Shown piece by piece: positions 19,817-29,673 of a stretch of 64,000 nucleotides of DNA. A model generated the notes under the pieces. It was not told the DNA's origin. It worked only from the letters and a program-made list of their open reading frames with translations, and made no database searches. The first letter of the stretch is position 1, and each line of letters begins with the position of its first letter. The translations under genes and the position numbers were made by a program. Source of the DNA: Candidatus Iainarchaeum sp. (lineage in GTDB: Archaea; Iainarchaeota; Iainarchaeia; Iainarchaeales; UBA10191); the NCBI GenBank assembly GCA_030649735.1, contig JAUSFL010000044.1, positions 1 through 64,000 on the forward strand. Direction: 5' to 3'.

Positions 19817-20257
19817 ATGGAAGTAAAAATCACAAGCCCAAAATACAATGAAATACTCAAAGTAGGCCAAAAAGTCAAGATAACGTGGACTGCCGATAGC
19901 GTTACAGAAAGAGCCGCAACCACAATTGAAATAACTTGCTATGGCCCGCGTGCAAAGCTTAGCGGCGATATATCTGCAGCAGATATTCCCGCACCCGCAA
20001 AACTAAAGTTAATATTCGAAGCTTTGCCAGAGAAAACTTTATCTTACGATTGGGTTGTTCCTACCGCAAAAGAATGTAATATTGTTGAAGAAGAAAAAAA
20101 AAGTTGGAATGCATGGCACACTTTTTTTAATATTGGGCCAGATCTTGAATATCATTGGCCAAAAGATCCAGAAACAAGATTTACAATACGAATTGCGGTT
20201 CAAAATAAAGAAGAGCCCTGCCAGTCAGACTATATCCAATTCCAAGTTAAGGAATAA
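19817..20257 (+). CDS. Hypothetical protein, Ig-like beta-sandwich
   Basis: ITSP..E.LKVGQKVKITW pattern; AGGTGA upstream; A-rich codon use. Confidence 0.6.
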   Translation: MEVKITSPKYNEILKVGQKVKITWTADSVTERAATTIEITCYGPRAKLSGDISAADIPAPAKLKLIFEALPEKTLSYDWVVPTAKECNIVEEEKKSWNAWHTFFNIGPDLEYHWPKDPETRFTIRIAVQNKEEPCQSDYIQFQVKE

Positions 20258-20280
20258 TTCGACAAGATCATTAAATTTGG

Positions 20281-20844
20281 CTAGTTCCCTTGAAACACAG
20301 TGATTGGCTTTTTGAGCTTTGCAGCCTGCTGTTTTGAAAGAAGAATTCTTTTAACGCTGTTTCCGACAAGCGCTGAATTGCCGAAAGGGTCAAGCACTTC
20401 AACAGTGAATGAAAATTTGGAGTCGCGCGCAGCGTGGATTTTTTCCAAGGCTTTGTCTGCGGCTTTGACTTCTTTGGGCTCTTTTGCAGAGCTTACCAGA
20501 ATTTCAGCGACTTGCTGAATGCGGTCCAAAAGGCCTTCAATGTTGCTGAAATAGCCGTCACTTGCAGGCCCTGGTTCGATTAAAACTCCGAGCTCTGGAA
20601 TTTTTATTGTTGCAGTTGAACTTTTGATTATTTTAATGCTCAAGTGCGAAGGCTTTGAAATTTTTGCAGAATACTCGACTGGCTTTTTGAAGTCAAGGCT
20701 CATTACGTCAGAAAGCTTAAAGCCGCACTTTTCACAATGCAGGACTGAAAAAAGCATTTTTCCAAAATTAGCAATTTCTTCAACAGTCTGCTGCAGTTGA
20801 ATGTCTGCATTGCAGTTCGGGCATTTTACGTTCTGAGTGGGCAT
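20281..20844 (-). CDS. ZPR1 zinc-finger protein
   Basis: CPNC...CEKCGFK, IPELGVLIEPGPASDGYFSNIEGLL, DPFGNS. Confidence 0.93.
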   Translation of the reverse strand: MPTQNVKCPNCNADIQLQQTVEEIANFGKMLFSVLHCEKCGFKLSDVMSLDFKKPVEYSAKISKPSHLSIKIIKSSTATIKIPELGVLIEPGPASDGYFSNIEGLLDRIQQVAEILVSSAKEPKEVKAADKALEKIHAARDSKFSFTVEVLDPFGNSALVGNSVKRILLSKQQAAKLKKPITVFQGN

Positions 20845-20890
20845 GAAAGAAATTAGAAAGCTTGTGATTTAATGCTTTATGGTCTGGAGT

Positions 20891-21433
20891 CTAGCGCTTT
20901 GCTGTTCTTCCGCGCGGAGTCCTGGCTTTAAAAATTTGAGAGCTCAAGAATTCTTCATCCTGTTTTCTCAAGCTATCATAGCTTGTGGTTCTAGGGTTTC
21001 TTCCAATTGCAAGCTGGGCCGCAATTATTTCCTTCAAGGCCTTGATTTCATTTTCAGTGTCAGAGCGGAAATTGTCAAACTTTTCAAGCCTTTTTTCAAA
21101 AGGAAGCAGTTTTGTTTCTTCAACGCCCGCGCTTTCTGATTTTGAAGCGACTAATTCCTGCTCCAAGTCATTAAGCCTTGAATGCGCCATGTCTGTCTTT
21201 TTGCTCATTGCATTAAGCCTTGACTGGATTGCAATCATTGTTTCTGCAGTGGAATAGTCTGCCGGAAGCCTTGATTCTGAGGCAAGTTCCTTGTTAAAGT
21301 AAACTTTCACTTCAGGATTGCTTGGCTCTTGAAAGACGCGTTTGGGCTTTGAAAGGTCAATAAGCCACACTACCAAGAATAAAATAACTGCCGATGCAAG
21401 CAAAATCAAGGAAAGCTCAGTCATTAACCCCAC
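20891..21433 (-). CDS. Membrane-anchored coiled-coil hypothetical protein
   Basis: N-terminal TM helix, coiled-coil, basic tail. Confidence 0.65.
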   Translation of the reverse strand: MGLMTELSLILLASAVILFLVVWLIDLSKPKRVFQEPSNPEVKVYFNKELASESRLPADYSTAETMIAIQSRLNAMSKKTDMAHSRLNDLEQELVASKSESAGVEETKLLPFEKRLEKFDNFRSDTENEIKALKEIIAAQLAIGRNPRTTSYDSLRKQDEEFLSSQIFKARTPRGRTAKR

Positions 21434-21505
21434 TAAATTAATTAGTGAAAAGAAACTCTTTTAAATCAGAAAAGCCGGCTTTAAAAGAAAACAGTGTTTT
21501 TGGCA

Positions 21506-21919
21506 TTATTTGTACTTGTAGTCGTAAGTTCCGTAAGACACCAAAAGCTCTTCGCCTTTCTTGATTTTTCGCAGAGTTCTGAAATTAGCGCCGTTGTTTT
21601 CTGCCTTGATGTTTGGCTTTTTTGAATGATTGATGTAGAATGAAGGCTCCATTCCATTAAGCCCCAAATCCCATGCCCAGAAAGAGCCGTCTTTTTGAAT
21701 CACGAAGAAAGCGTCAATCAATTCCAGGACTGCCTTGTCTGCGTTCTGGAATTCTGAAATATTGAATTTCACCCATTTTTGCTTTCTCACGCTTGGGAAA
21801 GGGTTTGTTCCCTTGGGAATGTCCCTTATTGCAAGAATTCCAACTCCTTGGACTTTTGAAGGCGCAATTCTGCAGTAAGTGCTTTTCAAATTTTGCAATA
21901 ATTCTTTCCGCGAGTTCAC
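21506..21919 (-). CDS. SET-domain protein (putative lysine methyltransferase)
   Basis: SKVQGVGILAIRDIPKG, YINHSKKPN, IKKGEELLVSY; start estimated at GTG. Confidence 0.85.
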   Translation of the reverse strand: MNSRKELLQNLKSTYCRIAPSKVQGVGILAIRDIPKGTNPFPSVRKQKWVKFNISEFQNADKAVLELIDAFFVIQKDGSFWAWDLGLNGMEPSFYINHSKKPNIKAENNGANFRTLRKIKKGEELLVSYGTYDYKYK

Positions 21920-21944
21920 GAGATTATAGAATCCGCTAACTCTT

Positions 21945-22703
21945 TTAATTCTTTCCAAAAAGCGCTTGGAAGTTTTTTTCAGCAGCCTTTTGGACATTTT
22001 CTGCCTGAATGCCTTTCAATTCTGCAATTTTTGAGGCAATTCTTGGAATCCAAACCGACGAGCATTGTTCTCCAGAGAATTCAAGCGGGCTGTCTGTCTC
22101 TAAAAGCAGTTTTTCCAAAGGCAATTCTTGCGCGAATTTTTGAATCCATTCACTGTTCAAAACTCCTGCACCCACAGAGACAAAAAAAGAAGTTTTTAGC
22201 AAGTCTTTCATTTGCTTTTCCTTGCAGACAAAAGAATGCAATAAAACTTTTTGCGCGTTTTCTTCCTGCAGAATGCGCAGCACTTCAGCCCTAGAGCCGC
22301 GCGCGTGCACGATCAATGGCTTTTTGAATTCTTTTGAGAGTAAAATGAATTTTTTGAAAATTGCGACTTGCAATTCTTTCTCTTCTTTTGAAGTTTGCTC
22401 GTCAAAATCAAGTCCGACTTCTCCAAAAGCAATTGCTTCGCTCGCGTGCTGTATGATGTGGTTCATTGTTTCCTCGCGCTTGCTTGCCGAGTCTTCGAAG
22501 ATGTGAGTTGGATGATAGCCTAAAGCCACTGAAATTATTTTGGGAAATTGCATTTTCAATGCAAGGCACTTGTGCAATCCTTCAAGAGTTGTGGAATTTG
22601 CGATTATGCGCTTGACTCCTGCTTTTTCAGCCGCAACAATGATTTCTGCAGGGTTTTCAAAATAGTCAAAATGACAATGAACGTCAGCCCACATTTTAGT
22701 CAC
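21945..22703 (-). CDS. tatD: TatD-family nuclease
   Basis: DVHCH, GYHP, GEVGLD, LIVHAR, LLETDSP. Confidence 0.93.
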   Translation of the reverse strand: MTKMWADVHCHFDYFENPAEIIVAAEKAGVKRIIANSTTLEGLHKCLALKMQFPKIISVALGYHPTHIFEDSASKREETMNHIIQHASEAIAFGEVGLDFDEQTSKEEKELQVAIFKKFILLSKEFKKPLIVHARGSRAEVLRILQEENAQKVLLHSFVCKEKQMKDLLKTSFFVSVGAGVLNSEWIQKFAQELPLEKLLLETDSPLEFSGEQCSSVWIPRIASKIAELKGIQAENVQKAAEKNFQALFGKN

Positions 22704-22757
22704 TTTTAGTATTCTGGGGGCATTTTTTTAAAAAGTGTAGTGCCTAACAATTATGTC

Positions 22758-22940
22758 ATGTCATTTGTAAGAAGCAAAAGCATCAAAGGCCACACTTACT
22801 ACTACTTGGTTTCAAACAAGCGCGTTAACGGCCGCGTTGTTCAAAAGTTCGAAAAGTATTATGGAAAAAACTCTCCAAGCCCAAGCACTAAAGTGGAAAC
22901 CGTTGATGCTTCAAAGCAAGAGCAAAGCCAGCAGCAATAA
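22758..22940 (+). CDS. Small basic beta-sheet protein, putative DNA-binding
   Basis: MSFVRSKSIKGHTYYYLVSNKRVNGRVVQKFEKYYGK resembles N-terminal modules of IS1634-type transposases; own TATA box. Confidence 0.65.
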   Translation: MSFVRSKSIKGHTYYYLVSNKRVNGRVVQKFEKYYGKNSPSPSTKVETVDASKQEQSQQQ

Positions 22941-22973
22941 AAAATTGCTGAAAAAAGAAAAAAAAGTTTTTTT

Positions 22974-24119
22974 ATGACAACTAATGTTTCAGTAGAATAC
23001 GGAAAAGCGCAGGAAAAGTACGAGGCAGCAAAAACAGACGCTGAAAGGCTTCAGGCGCTTTTGGAAATGAAGTCTGCAGCGCCAAACCACAAGGGCGCTG
23101 AAAACATGCGCGTGGAGCTTGGAAAAAAAATCTCAAAACTAAAAATGGAGATTGAAAAGCAAAAAACCCAAGAGTCAAAAAAAGGCTCTGGCCAAAGCTT
23201 AGCAGTAAAAAAAGACGGAATTGGGCAAATTGTCCTAATTGGCTTGCCAAATGCAGGAAAAAGCTGCGTGCTAAAAGCCCTAACTGGAGTTGACGTGCAA
23301 ATAGCCCCTTTTGAATTCACTACAACAATTCCGGAAAAAGGAATGGTGTTTTTTGAGCAAGTGCAAATTCAAATTGTGGAACTTCCAGCAATAATTGAGG
23401 GCAGTTCTGAAGGAAAAGCAAATGGAACTCAAATAATTTCAATAGTGAGAAATGCAGATGCGGTGTGCCTGGTGCTTAATGGAAATAATGCATTGCAAGA
23501 GTACAAGATTTTGGCTTCAGAATTGAGAAAATCAAATATTTTATTGAATGACAGAAAGCCAAGAATCAGGGTTGAAAGCTCAAAGTTTCCTGGAATTTCA
23601 ATGTCTGGGAAGCAGTTTTTGAAATGCAGGCAGGAAGAATTTGAAGGGTTCTTGAAAACAATGGGTTTTTCCAACGCTAGCGTAATGCTTGAAGAGCCGA
23701 CAGACTTGGCGCTTTTGGCAAAAGCCCTTGATGAAAAACTGGTTTACAAAAACGCAATAGCTTTTTTCATCAGGCAAAATCCAGAACAGCTTGAAGAATT
23801 GAAAAAAGAGTTTGGCGGAAAAATAATGGTTTTTCAAGATTACAAAAGTAAGGAAAAAATTGAAGAAGCAAAAAAAGAACTTTTTCAAATTTTGGGAAAA
23901 ATAAGGATTTTTACAAAAAAGCCTGGAAAAGAAGCTGATAAAGAACCGCTTGTTTTGCCGATTGGCTGCACTATCGAAGATGTTGCAAAAGACTTGCACA
24001 AAGACTTTGCAGCAAGCCTGAAGTATGCAAAGCTTTGGGGCTCAAGCAAGTTTGAAGGCCAAAGAGTCCCGAAAGACTACCAATTGCAAGACAAGGACAT
24101 TGTTGAAATCAGCGCTTGA
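22974..24119 (+). CDS. DRG/OBG-family GTPase with TGS domain
   Basis: GLPNAGKS, FTT, ELPAIIEG, C-terminal TGS (YAKLWGSSKFEGQRV). Confidence 0.92.
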   Translation: MTTNVSVEYGKAQEKYEAAKTDAERLQALLEMKSAAPNHKGAENMRVELGKKISKLKMEIEKQKTQESKKGSGQSLAVKKDGIGQIVLIGLPNAGKSCVLKALTGVDVQIAPFEFTTTIPEKGMVFFEQVQIQIVELPAIIEGSSEGKANGTQIISIVRNADAVCLVLNGNNALQEYKILASELRKSNILLNDRKPRIRVESSKFPGISMSGKQFLKCRQEEFEGFLKTMGFSNASVMLEEPTDLALLAKALDEKLVYKNAIAFFIRQNPEQLEELKKEFGGKIMVFQDYKSKEKIEEAKKELFQILGKIRIFTKKPGKEADKEPLVLPIGCTIEDVAKDLHKDFAASLKYAKLWGSSKFEGQRVPKDYQLQDKDIVEISA

Positions 24120-24180
24120 GCCGACTCATTCTTTAAAGCAGGGAAGTAAGAATTTATTCTTTTCCGCAAACTATGTTGTA

Positions 24181-25449
24181 ATGCCTGTTGAAGTTAATGT
24201 TGGATTAGTTGGTTTGGGAAATATTGGCTCTGGAGTCCTTGACATTTTGAAGGAAAACTCTGAAATCATTGAAAAACGAACCGGAGTTAGGATAAACCTT
24301 GTTGCCGCCTGCGACAAAAGCAAGGAACAGTTGGAGAAAGCAATTACTTTAGGAATTCCAACAACTGAAAATTTTAAAGACTTGCTCAATAACGAAAAAA
24401 TCGGCGTGATTATTGAATTGATTGGAGGCTATGAGCCGGCGCATTCAATAATCATTGATGCGTTAAGGGCAAAAAAGCACGTTATTACAGCCAATAAGGC
24501 AGTTCTTGCCAAGTACGGCACTGAAATTTTTGCTGAAGCGCAAAAAAACAATGTCAATGTATTGTTTGAGGCTGCTGTCGGAGGCTGCATTCCAATAATC
24601 AGAACGATTGAAGAAAGCTATTCTTCGGACAGGATAGAAAAAATTTATGGAATTCTAAACGGAACCACAAACTTTATTCTCACAAGAATGGGTGAAGGAA
24701 TGAGCTACGAAGAAGCATTGAAAAAAGCGCAAGAGCTCGGCTTTGCAGAAGCAGACCCTTCTTTTGACGTTGAAGGAAAAGACACCGCGCAAAAGCTTTC
24801 AATTCTTGCAGGACTGGCTTTTGACGCAAAAATAGGCTGCGAAATTTTCACTGAAGGAATCACTAAAATCACTAAAAGCGACATTGACTTTGCAAAAGAG
24901 CTTGGCTATGTGATAAAGCTTTTGGCAATCGCAAAAAAAGAGAACGGCCAGATTGAATTAAGGGTCCATCCGACAATGATTCCAGCCAGTCATTTTTTCG
25001 CGAACATCAGCAATGAATTCAATGCAGTTTTGCTTTCAGGCGCAAACACTGGCGAAATTTTGCTTTCAGGAAAAGGCGCTGGAAAGCTTCCCACCGCAAC
25101 TGTCGTGGTTACAGACATTATTGAATTAGGGTCCAGGGTTAGAGTTACGCAAAGGAATTTTGAGAATGTAAAAATAATGCCTTTTGAAGAAGTCACGTCC
25201 AGGTTTTTGTTAAGGCTTAATGTTGCCGACAAGCCTGGAATTCTTGCTGAAATTGCCAAGAGTTTGGGAAATAATGGAATTTCAATTGCCGCGCTTTCGC
25301 AGAAAGAAACCAATATGGAAACAGTGCCAATAATTCTTATAACCCACAAGGCAAGCGAAGGCCAGTTGATTAAGGCAATCAAAGAATTTGAAAGCATTAA
25401 AGAAATCAGGGAAAAAGCAAGCGTTTTAAGGATTGAAGACTTTGATTGA
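24181..25449 (+). CDS. hom: Homoserine dehydrogenase with ACT domain
   Basis: GLGNIGSG, ITANKA, FEAAVGG, GILNGTTN, AEADPSFDVEG, C-terminal DKPGILA. Confidence 0.95.
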   Translation: MPVEVNVGLVGLGNIGSGVLDILKENSEIIEKRTGVRINLVAACDKSKEQLEKAITLGIPTTENFKDLLNNEKIGVIIELIGGYEPAHSIIIDALRAKKHVITANKAVLAKYGTEIFAEAQKNNVNVLFEAAVGGCIPIIRTIEESYSSDRIEKIYGILNGTTNFILTRMGEGMSYEEALKKAQELGFAEADPSFDVEGKDTAQKLSILAGLAFDAKIGCEIFTEGITKITKSDIDFAKELGYVIKLLAIAKKENGQIELRVHPTMIPASHFFANISNEFNAVLLSGANTGEILLSGKGAGKLPTATVVVTDIIELGSRVRVTQRNFENVKIMPFEEVTSRFLLRLNVADKPGILAEIAKSLGNNGISIAALSQKETNMETVPIILITHKASEGQLIKAIKEFESIKEIREKASVLRIEDFD

Positions 25450-25455
25450 TTTTTT

Positions 25456-26802
25456 TCAGCGCTTCATGCTGTAACTGTCCTTGAATTCTTCAAAGTCTTC
25501 CTGCGGGCCTTTTGGCTTGATTATTTTTGGCAAGACTTTTTGGATAAAAATTATCAAAGCCAATACTGCCGCAATTCCAACCGCGAATTGCACGAAAATG
25601 TCAGTGTTCATTGGCTGGTCTATTGGAGCCTGTTCTTTAACTCCTGCCTTTAGAATCAACCCAATGCTTTGCTTTGCTTTTTGCGCTTCGGAAATTGCAG
25701 CGTCATAGTTTGTTTTCTGGAATGCCAGTTCTGCATTGGTCCAATAGCCTGAAAGCTTTTTGACTTCAGACTGGCTTTTCCACAAACTCACTTTGGTTTC
25801 TGACAAGACATCCAATACAGCGGTTTTGAGTATTGAATAGTCTTTTGTTGTGGTTTTGAATGAAGCGTCTTCTGAATAAAGCTCGTTGTATGCCTTTACG
25901 CGCTTTAGCCTTGATTGCAAGGAGTCAGAGAACACAATTGAATAGGAGATTGCTTCCTTTAATGCCTGCTGGACTGCAAGAATGCTTGCGTTAGCCGCTT
26001 GCTTTCTTGAAGAAATAGCGCTCTTGTTCAACGCGCTTGGAGGCTCTGCAAAGGCCATTAACTGCTGTTTTACTGTAGAGTCCAGGTTTGCGTCGGCAAT
26101 TGCCTTGCGCAAGGCAGAAACCTTGCTGTCATAATCTATTGCTTTTTGCTCTAAAGAACTCATGTCGTCCTTTACTGCTTCAAACGCTAATACAACATTG
26201 CTTGATTTTTCAGGCGTTGGATTGCTTGAAAAGTCTGTTTCTTCAGTCAATGCTGCAGAAATTCCTTTCCCAATTGACTTGCAGTCTTCCTGCATTGAGG
26301 CAAGCGCAATTTTCATTTCATCGGCCTTTGATTTTATCGCCAGAATTTTGGTTTCTGAAGAGACCAGCGAAATGTCTGACTCTTGCTCTTGCTTTAAAAC
26401 GCGGTTCAGGCTTTCAAAAAAGTCAATGTTTTGCGGCGTGAAAAACCACTGGCTTTGCAAGGCTTCGCTTTTAGTGTTCAAGAACCTCAGGAAGTATGCT
26501 GTTTTGAATAATTGCTCATTGGTTGTTTTGGATTCTAAAACTTCAGGCAGTGCTTTTGAGGCATTGACTGAAACAAACCCTGCAATTAAAGTGCCTGAAG
26601 TTATTGTGACAACCCAGTATTTTGAGTTTGAGGCAGTAATTTGGACAGGGGGCGAGATTTCAGCGCTTTCTCCAGTTCCCAAAAAGCCTGAAGATCCGAC
26701 AAAATCGACTGCCTGGCTTGCTGAAATTCCGGCAAAAGAAAATGCGGGAATTATTGCAAAAGCCAGCAAAATCGCAAAGAATTTTGAGTTCGCAAAAAGC
26801 AT
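25456..26802 (-). CDS. Secreted, C-terminally membrane-anchored helical protein
   Basis: Signal peptide and C-terminal TM helix. Confidence 0.7.
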   Translation of the reverse strand: MLFANSKFFAILLAFAIIPAFSFAGISASQAVDFVGSSGFLGTGESAEISPPVQITASNSKYWVVTITSGTLIAGFVSVNASKALPEVLESKTTNEQLFKTAYFLRFLNTKSEALQSQWFFTPQNIDFFESLNRVLKQEQESDISLVSSETKILAIKSKADEMKIALASMQEDCKSIGKGISAALTEETDFSSNPTPEKSSNVVLAFEAVKDDMSSLEQKAIDYDSKVSALRKAIADANLDSTVKQQLMAFAEPPSALNKSAISSRKQAANASILAVQQALKEAISYSIVFSDSLQSRLKRVKAYNELYSEDASFKTTTKDYSILKTAVLDVLSETKVSLWKSQSEVKKLSGYWTNAELAFQKTNYDAAISEAQKAKQSIGLILKAGVKEQAPIDQPMNTDIFVQFAVGIAAVLALIIFIQKVLPKIIKPKGPQEDFEEFKDSYSMKR

Positions 26803-26858
26803 AATTGACCAAAATTTTAAGGAAATTCTTGTTTATAATGGTTTTCAGGGAAAAAGCC

Positions 26859-27083
26859 TCACTTTCCAAGCAATTGTTTTCTTTTTTCCTGCTGTTGCTC
26901 CATGAATTTTTGGATTAGAAAGTAGGCCGCCGCCAGTATTGGCGGGATTATTGCAATGAAAGAATTCAGGCCCTGGGTTTTCATTGAAATAAAGTTCAAT
27001 AGAATGAGCAAAGTGGCTGAAAACTCTAAAGTGATCAGGACAATCATGACTCGCTTGACATCGCTTAAGGCCCTCATTCTCAA
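26859..27083 (-). CDS. Small two-TM membrane protein
   Basis: Two hydrophobic segments, basic tail. Confidence 0.55.
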   Translation of the reverse strand: MRMRALSDVKRVMIVLITLEFSATLLILLNFISMKTQGLNSFIAIIPPILAAAYFLIQKFMEQQQEKRKQLLGK

Positions 27084-27185
27084 AAACCCCTAATCAAACA
27101 GGCAAAACAAATATAATAATGTTTTTTTGCAAAAAAACAGGCTGGGGATTTGGTTTTTAAAGTTTCACTTCTAGAGAATACTCTT

Positions 27186-27425
27186 ATGCACAGGAAACAA
27201 TCGAAAGACCATATTGAAAAGCCAGAGGACAAGATCTGGAAACAATGGTTTGAAAAGCTCACTCCCAAAGACCATGACAATTACATGTCAAAATTGGGTT
27301 TGACTGAAGAAGACAAGGAAGAATTGCCTGTAATTGAAGAGCAATTGCATTCTTTGGACAGTCCGCAAAAGAGCCAAGAGCAGGCACTTGATTCCAAGGC
27401 ATTGAAAGGCAAGAAAAAACGTTGA
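27186..27425 (+). CDS. Small charged hypothetical protein
   Basis: ORF with TATA upstream, co-oriented with downstream genes. Confidence 0.55.
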   Translation: MHRKQSKDHIEKPEDKIWKQWFEKLTPKDHDNYMSKLGLTEEDKEELPVIEEQLHSLDSPQKSQEQALDSKALKGKKKR

Positions 27426-27438
27426 GGGGCGGTTTTGA

Positions 27439-27810
27439 ATGGGTGAATTGAAAATTTTAAAGTTAAAGGACGGCGATGACGTCATTGAATCATTGAAGGA
27501 GTTTGCTTCAAAAAACAACATACAGCAAGGCTACATCAAGGAAGCCGAGGGAAAAATCAGGGATTTTGAAATAAGCGCTTTTTCAGGCGGCGGAAGCATT
27601 CAAAACTACAGGGACAAAAACCAGCAGGACGTAATCGCAATCAATGGGCAAATTACTCTATCTAAAGGGAATCCGGTAATTCAATTGAAAATTTCAGTCT
27701 CCAGGGCTGGATTAAGCGCTGTTTCAGGGCTTTTGCTTTCAGCAAAGGCTGGGGAAACCCTTGACATTGCAATTGAAAAAAGAGACATGAGCAAAATGAT
27801 TTACGCTTGA
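27439..27810 (+). CDS. PPC/DUF296-domain protein
   Basis: LKLKDGDDVIESLKEFA...INGQIT...VSGLL pattern; usual His ligands absent. Confidence 0.7.
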   Translation: MGELKILKLKDGDDVIESLKEFASKNNIQQGYIKEAEGKIRDFEISAFSGGGSIQNYRDKNQQDVIAINGQITLSKGNPVIQLKISVSRAGLSAVSGLLLSAKAGETLDIAIEKRDMSKMIYA

Positions 27811-27860
27811 AGTCTTGAAAGCCTTATTAACCACTTTCGACTTTTTTCTTTAGGTCTAAA

Positions 27861-28415
27861 ATGCTGCAAAAACTGATTGGCGAGCTTGTCGAGTTAAGGC
27901 AAAGCTTCAAGAAAGAAAAGCAATTCAAGCTTAAGGAATTAAGCAGCGAACTAATCGAACAGGCTGCCTTGACTAATGACTACTTCAAGGCATTAATGTC
28001 CTTAATCGCCTATTCTTTGTACAAGCTTTCTTCAAAAACACACGTTCGGAAAAACCCGAAATGGAAATTAGCGAGAACTGAAATCCTGTCGCATTTGGAT
28101 GCTGCGATTGGCTTGCTTGAAAAGCACGATTTTCGGAATGCGGAAGAAGAATTGCGCAATGCCGTAGGGCATATTTCAAGGGCAGATTCTGAAATAAGCA
28201 ATTACGCGAAAGGAATTTTTGAAAAGTCAAAGACAAAAATGGCGTCAAGCGCTTATTCTTTCGGGCTTTCTTTAGGCCAGGCGGCATGGCTTACTGGCGC
28301 TGACAAGAAAGACTTGATGAATTACATTGGAATTACTAAAATGCATGAAGAGGCGGGCGTTAGCCTGGGAATCAGCGAGCGCTTGAAAAACCTGAAGGGA
28401 GCGCTTTCTGCATGA
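27861..28415 (+). CDS. Conserved hypothetical protein with C-terminal HTH-like segment
   Basis: GLSLGQAAWLTGADKKDLMNYIG; overlaps next gene by ATGA. Confidence 0.65.
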   Translation: MLQKLIGELVELRQSFKKEKQFKLKELSSELIEQAALTNDYFKALMSLIAYSLYKLSSKTHVRKNPKWKLARTEILSHLDAAIGLLEKHDFRNAEEELRNAVGHISRADSEISNYAKGIFEKSKTKMASSAYSFGLSLGQAAWLTGADKKDLMNYIGITKMHEEAGVSLGISERLKNLKGALSA

Positions 28416-29077
28416 ACAGCATTGTCTTGGATTCAAGCAGCATTATTTCAATCAGCGAAAAATGCTTTATCAAAAGCTTTGCAGGCCTGTCAAAAAAGGC
28501 AGAATTGGTCATTCCAAAAAAAGTCGAGTTTGAGTCAATAATAAAGCCAATTGGAATTAAAGAATTCGAGCTTAACGCGTTAAGGATTAGAATGGCTTTG
28601 AAAGAGCAGTGGCTGAAAAGCATTCAATTGACTCCGGAATTTTTGCAGCTTTCTGTAAAAATCAAGGACACTGCAAACAATTGCTTTCTTGTTGACCAAA
28701 AGCCTTTCGTGCTCATTCAAGACGGCGAGGCAGAGACTCTGGCATTAATGAAGCAAATTAATGCCTCAATGCTGGTCATTGATGAAAGGAACACTCGAAT
28801 GCTGATTGAAGACATTCAAGGCTTGAAGTCTTACTTGGAGCACAAGATTGGCAAAATAACAATCAATGAAAAAAGCGCTTTGGAATTGAAGCGTTTGATT
28901 TCGGGCATTAAAGTGTGCAGATCTGTGGAATTGATTGCGCTCGCTTTCGAGCAGGGATTTTTGGATGAAGAGCTTGAAAAAAGCAAGGAATCGCTTGAGG
29001 CTGCGCTTTACGCAGTCAAGTTTTCAGGCTGCGCTGTCTCAGAACAGGAAATCCAAGAGTACTTAAGAAACGTTTGA
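28412..29077 (+). CDS. PIN-like domain protein
   Basis: IVLDSSSII, GEAETLAL, LVIDERNTR. Confidence 0.7.
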   Translation: MNSIVLDSSSIISISEKCFIKSFAGLSKKAELVIPKKVEFESIIKPIGIKEFELNALRIRMALKEQWLKSIQLTPEFLQLSVKIKDTANNCFLVDQKPFVLIQDGEAETLALMKQINASMLVIDERNTRMLIEDIQGLKSYLEHKIGKITINEKSALELKRLISGIKVCRSVELIALAFEQGFLDEELEKSKESLEAALYAVKFSGCAVSEQEIQEYLRNV

Positions 29078-29144
29078 AAAGTCTTTTAGGAATTGAATAA
29101 AAAAGGTTTCGGTTTTAATAAATTAGTTCACAAGGCGTTTTTTT

Positions 29145-29603
29145 ATGATTGTTAAAAAAGCAGAAAGCGAGGATGCTGCAGTAATAAGTGAAATGATTTT
29201 TTCAGAATTCCCTTACACCAAGGCAGACACTGAAAACGTCAAAGTGCGCATGAGCAAGCCGCACATCGGGCTTTTCAAGGCAATTGATGGGGCAAAAATT
29301 GCCGGATTTTTGGAAATTGAACTGCTTGACAGTCTTTTCAATGTCTGGAGAATCAATGGCCTTGCAGTGAAGAAAGAGTTCAGGCAGAATGGAATTGGGA
29401 AAGAACTGACAGAATTTGCTGTTTCTTTCGCAAAGCGCAATAGGGCTTCACAATTGGTTCTTTTAGTAAGGCCTGACAATTACATTGCGAAAAAAATGTA
29501 CAAGAAAATTGGCTTTCAGGCAAATGGATTGTGGAAAAGCCAGATTAATGGCAAGCGCGCTGAAGAATGGGTCTTGAATTTGCAGAACAATTCCATAGTT
29601 TAG
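29145..29603 (+). CDS. GNAT acetyltransferase
   Basis: LAVKKEFRQNGIGKEL, N..AKKMYKKIGF. Confidence 0.9.
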   Translation: MIVKKAESEDAAVISEMIFSEFPYTKADTENVKVRMSKPHIGLFKAIDGAKIAGFLEIELLDSLFNVWRINGLAVKKEFRQNGIGKELTEFAVSFAKRNRASQLVLLVRPDNYIAKKMYKKIGFQANGLWKSQINGKRAEEWVLNLQNNSIV

Positions 29604-29673
29604 CCTGGTTTTTCTTCGACCGGAACTCTCGCACCAAAAGCGATTTATAAAGCAAAAATTATCGTATAGCTTT

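Noticed and set aside
26162-26905. 247-aa plus-strand ORF and similar antisense ORFs (e.g. 30652..31254, 36066..36623, 13371..13865)
   Set aside because: Shadows of well-supported genes on the opposite strand
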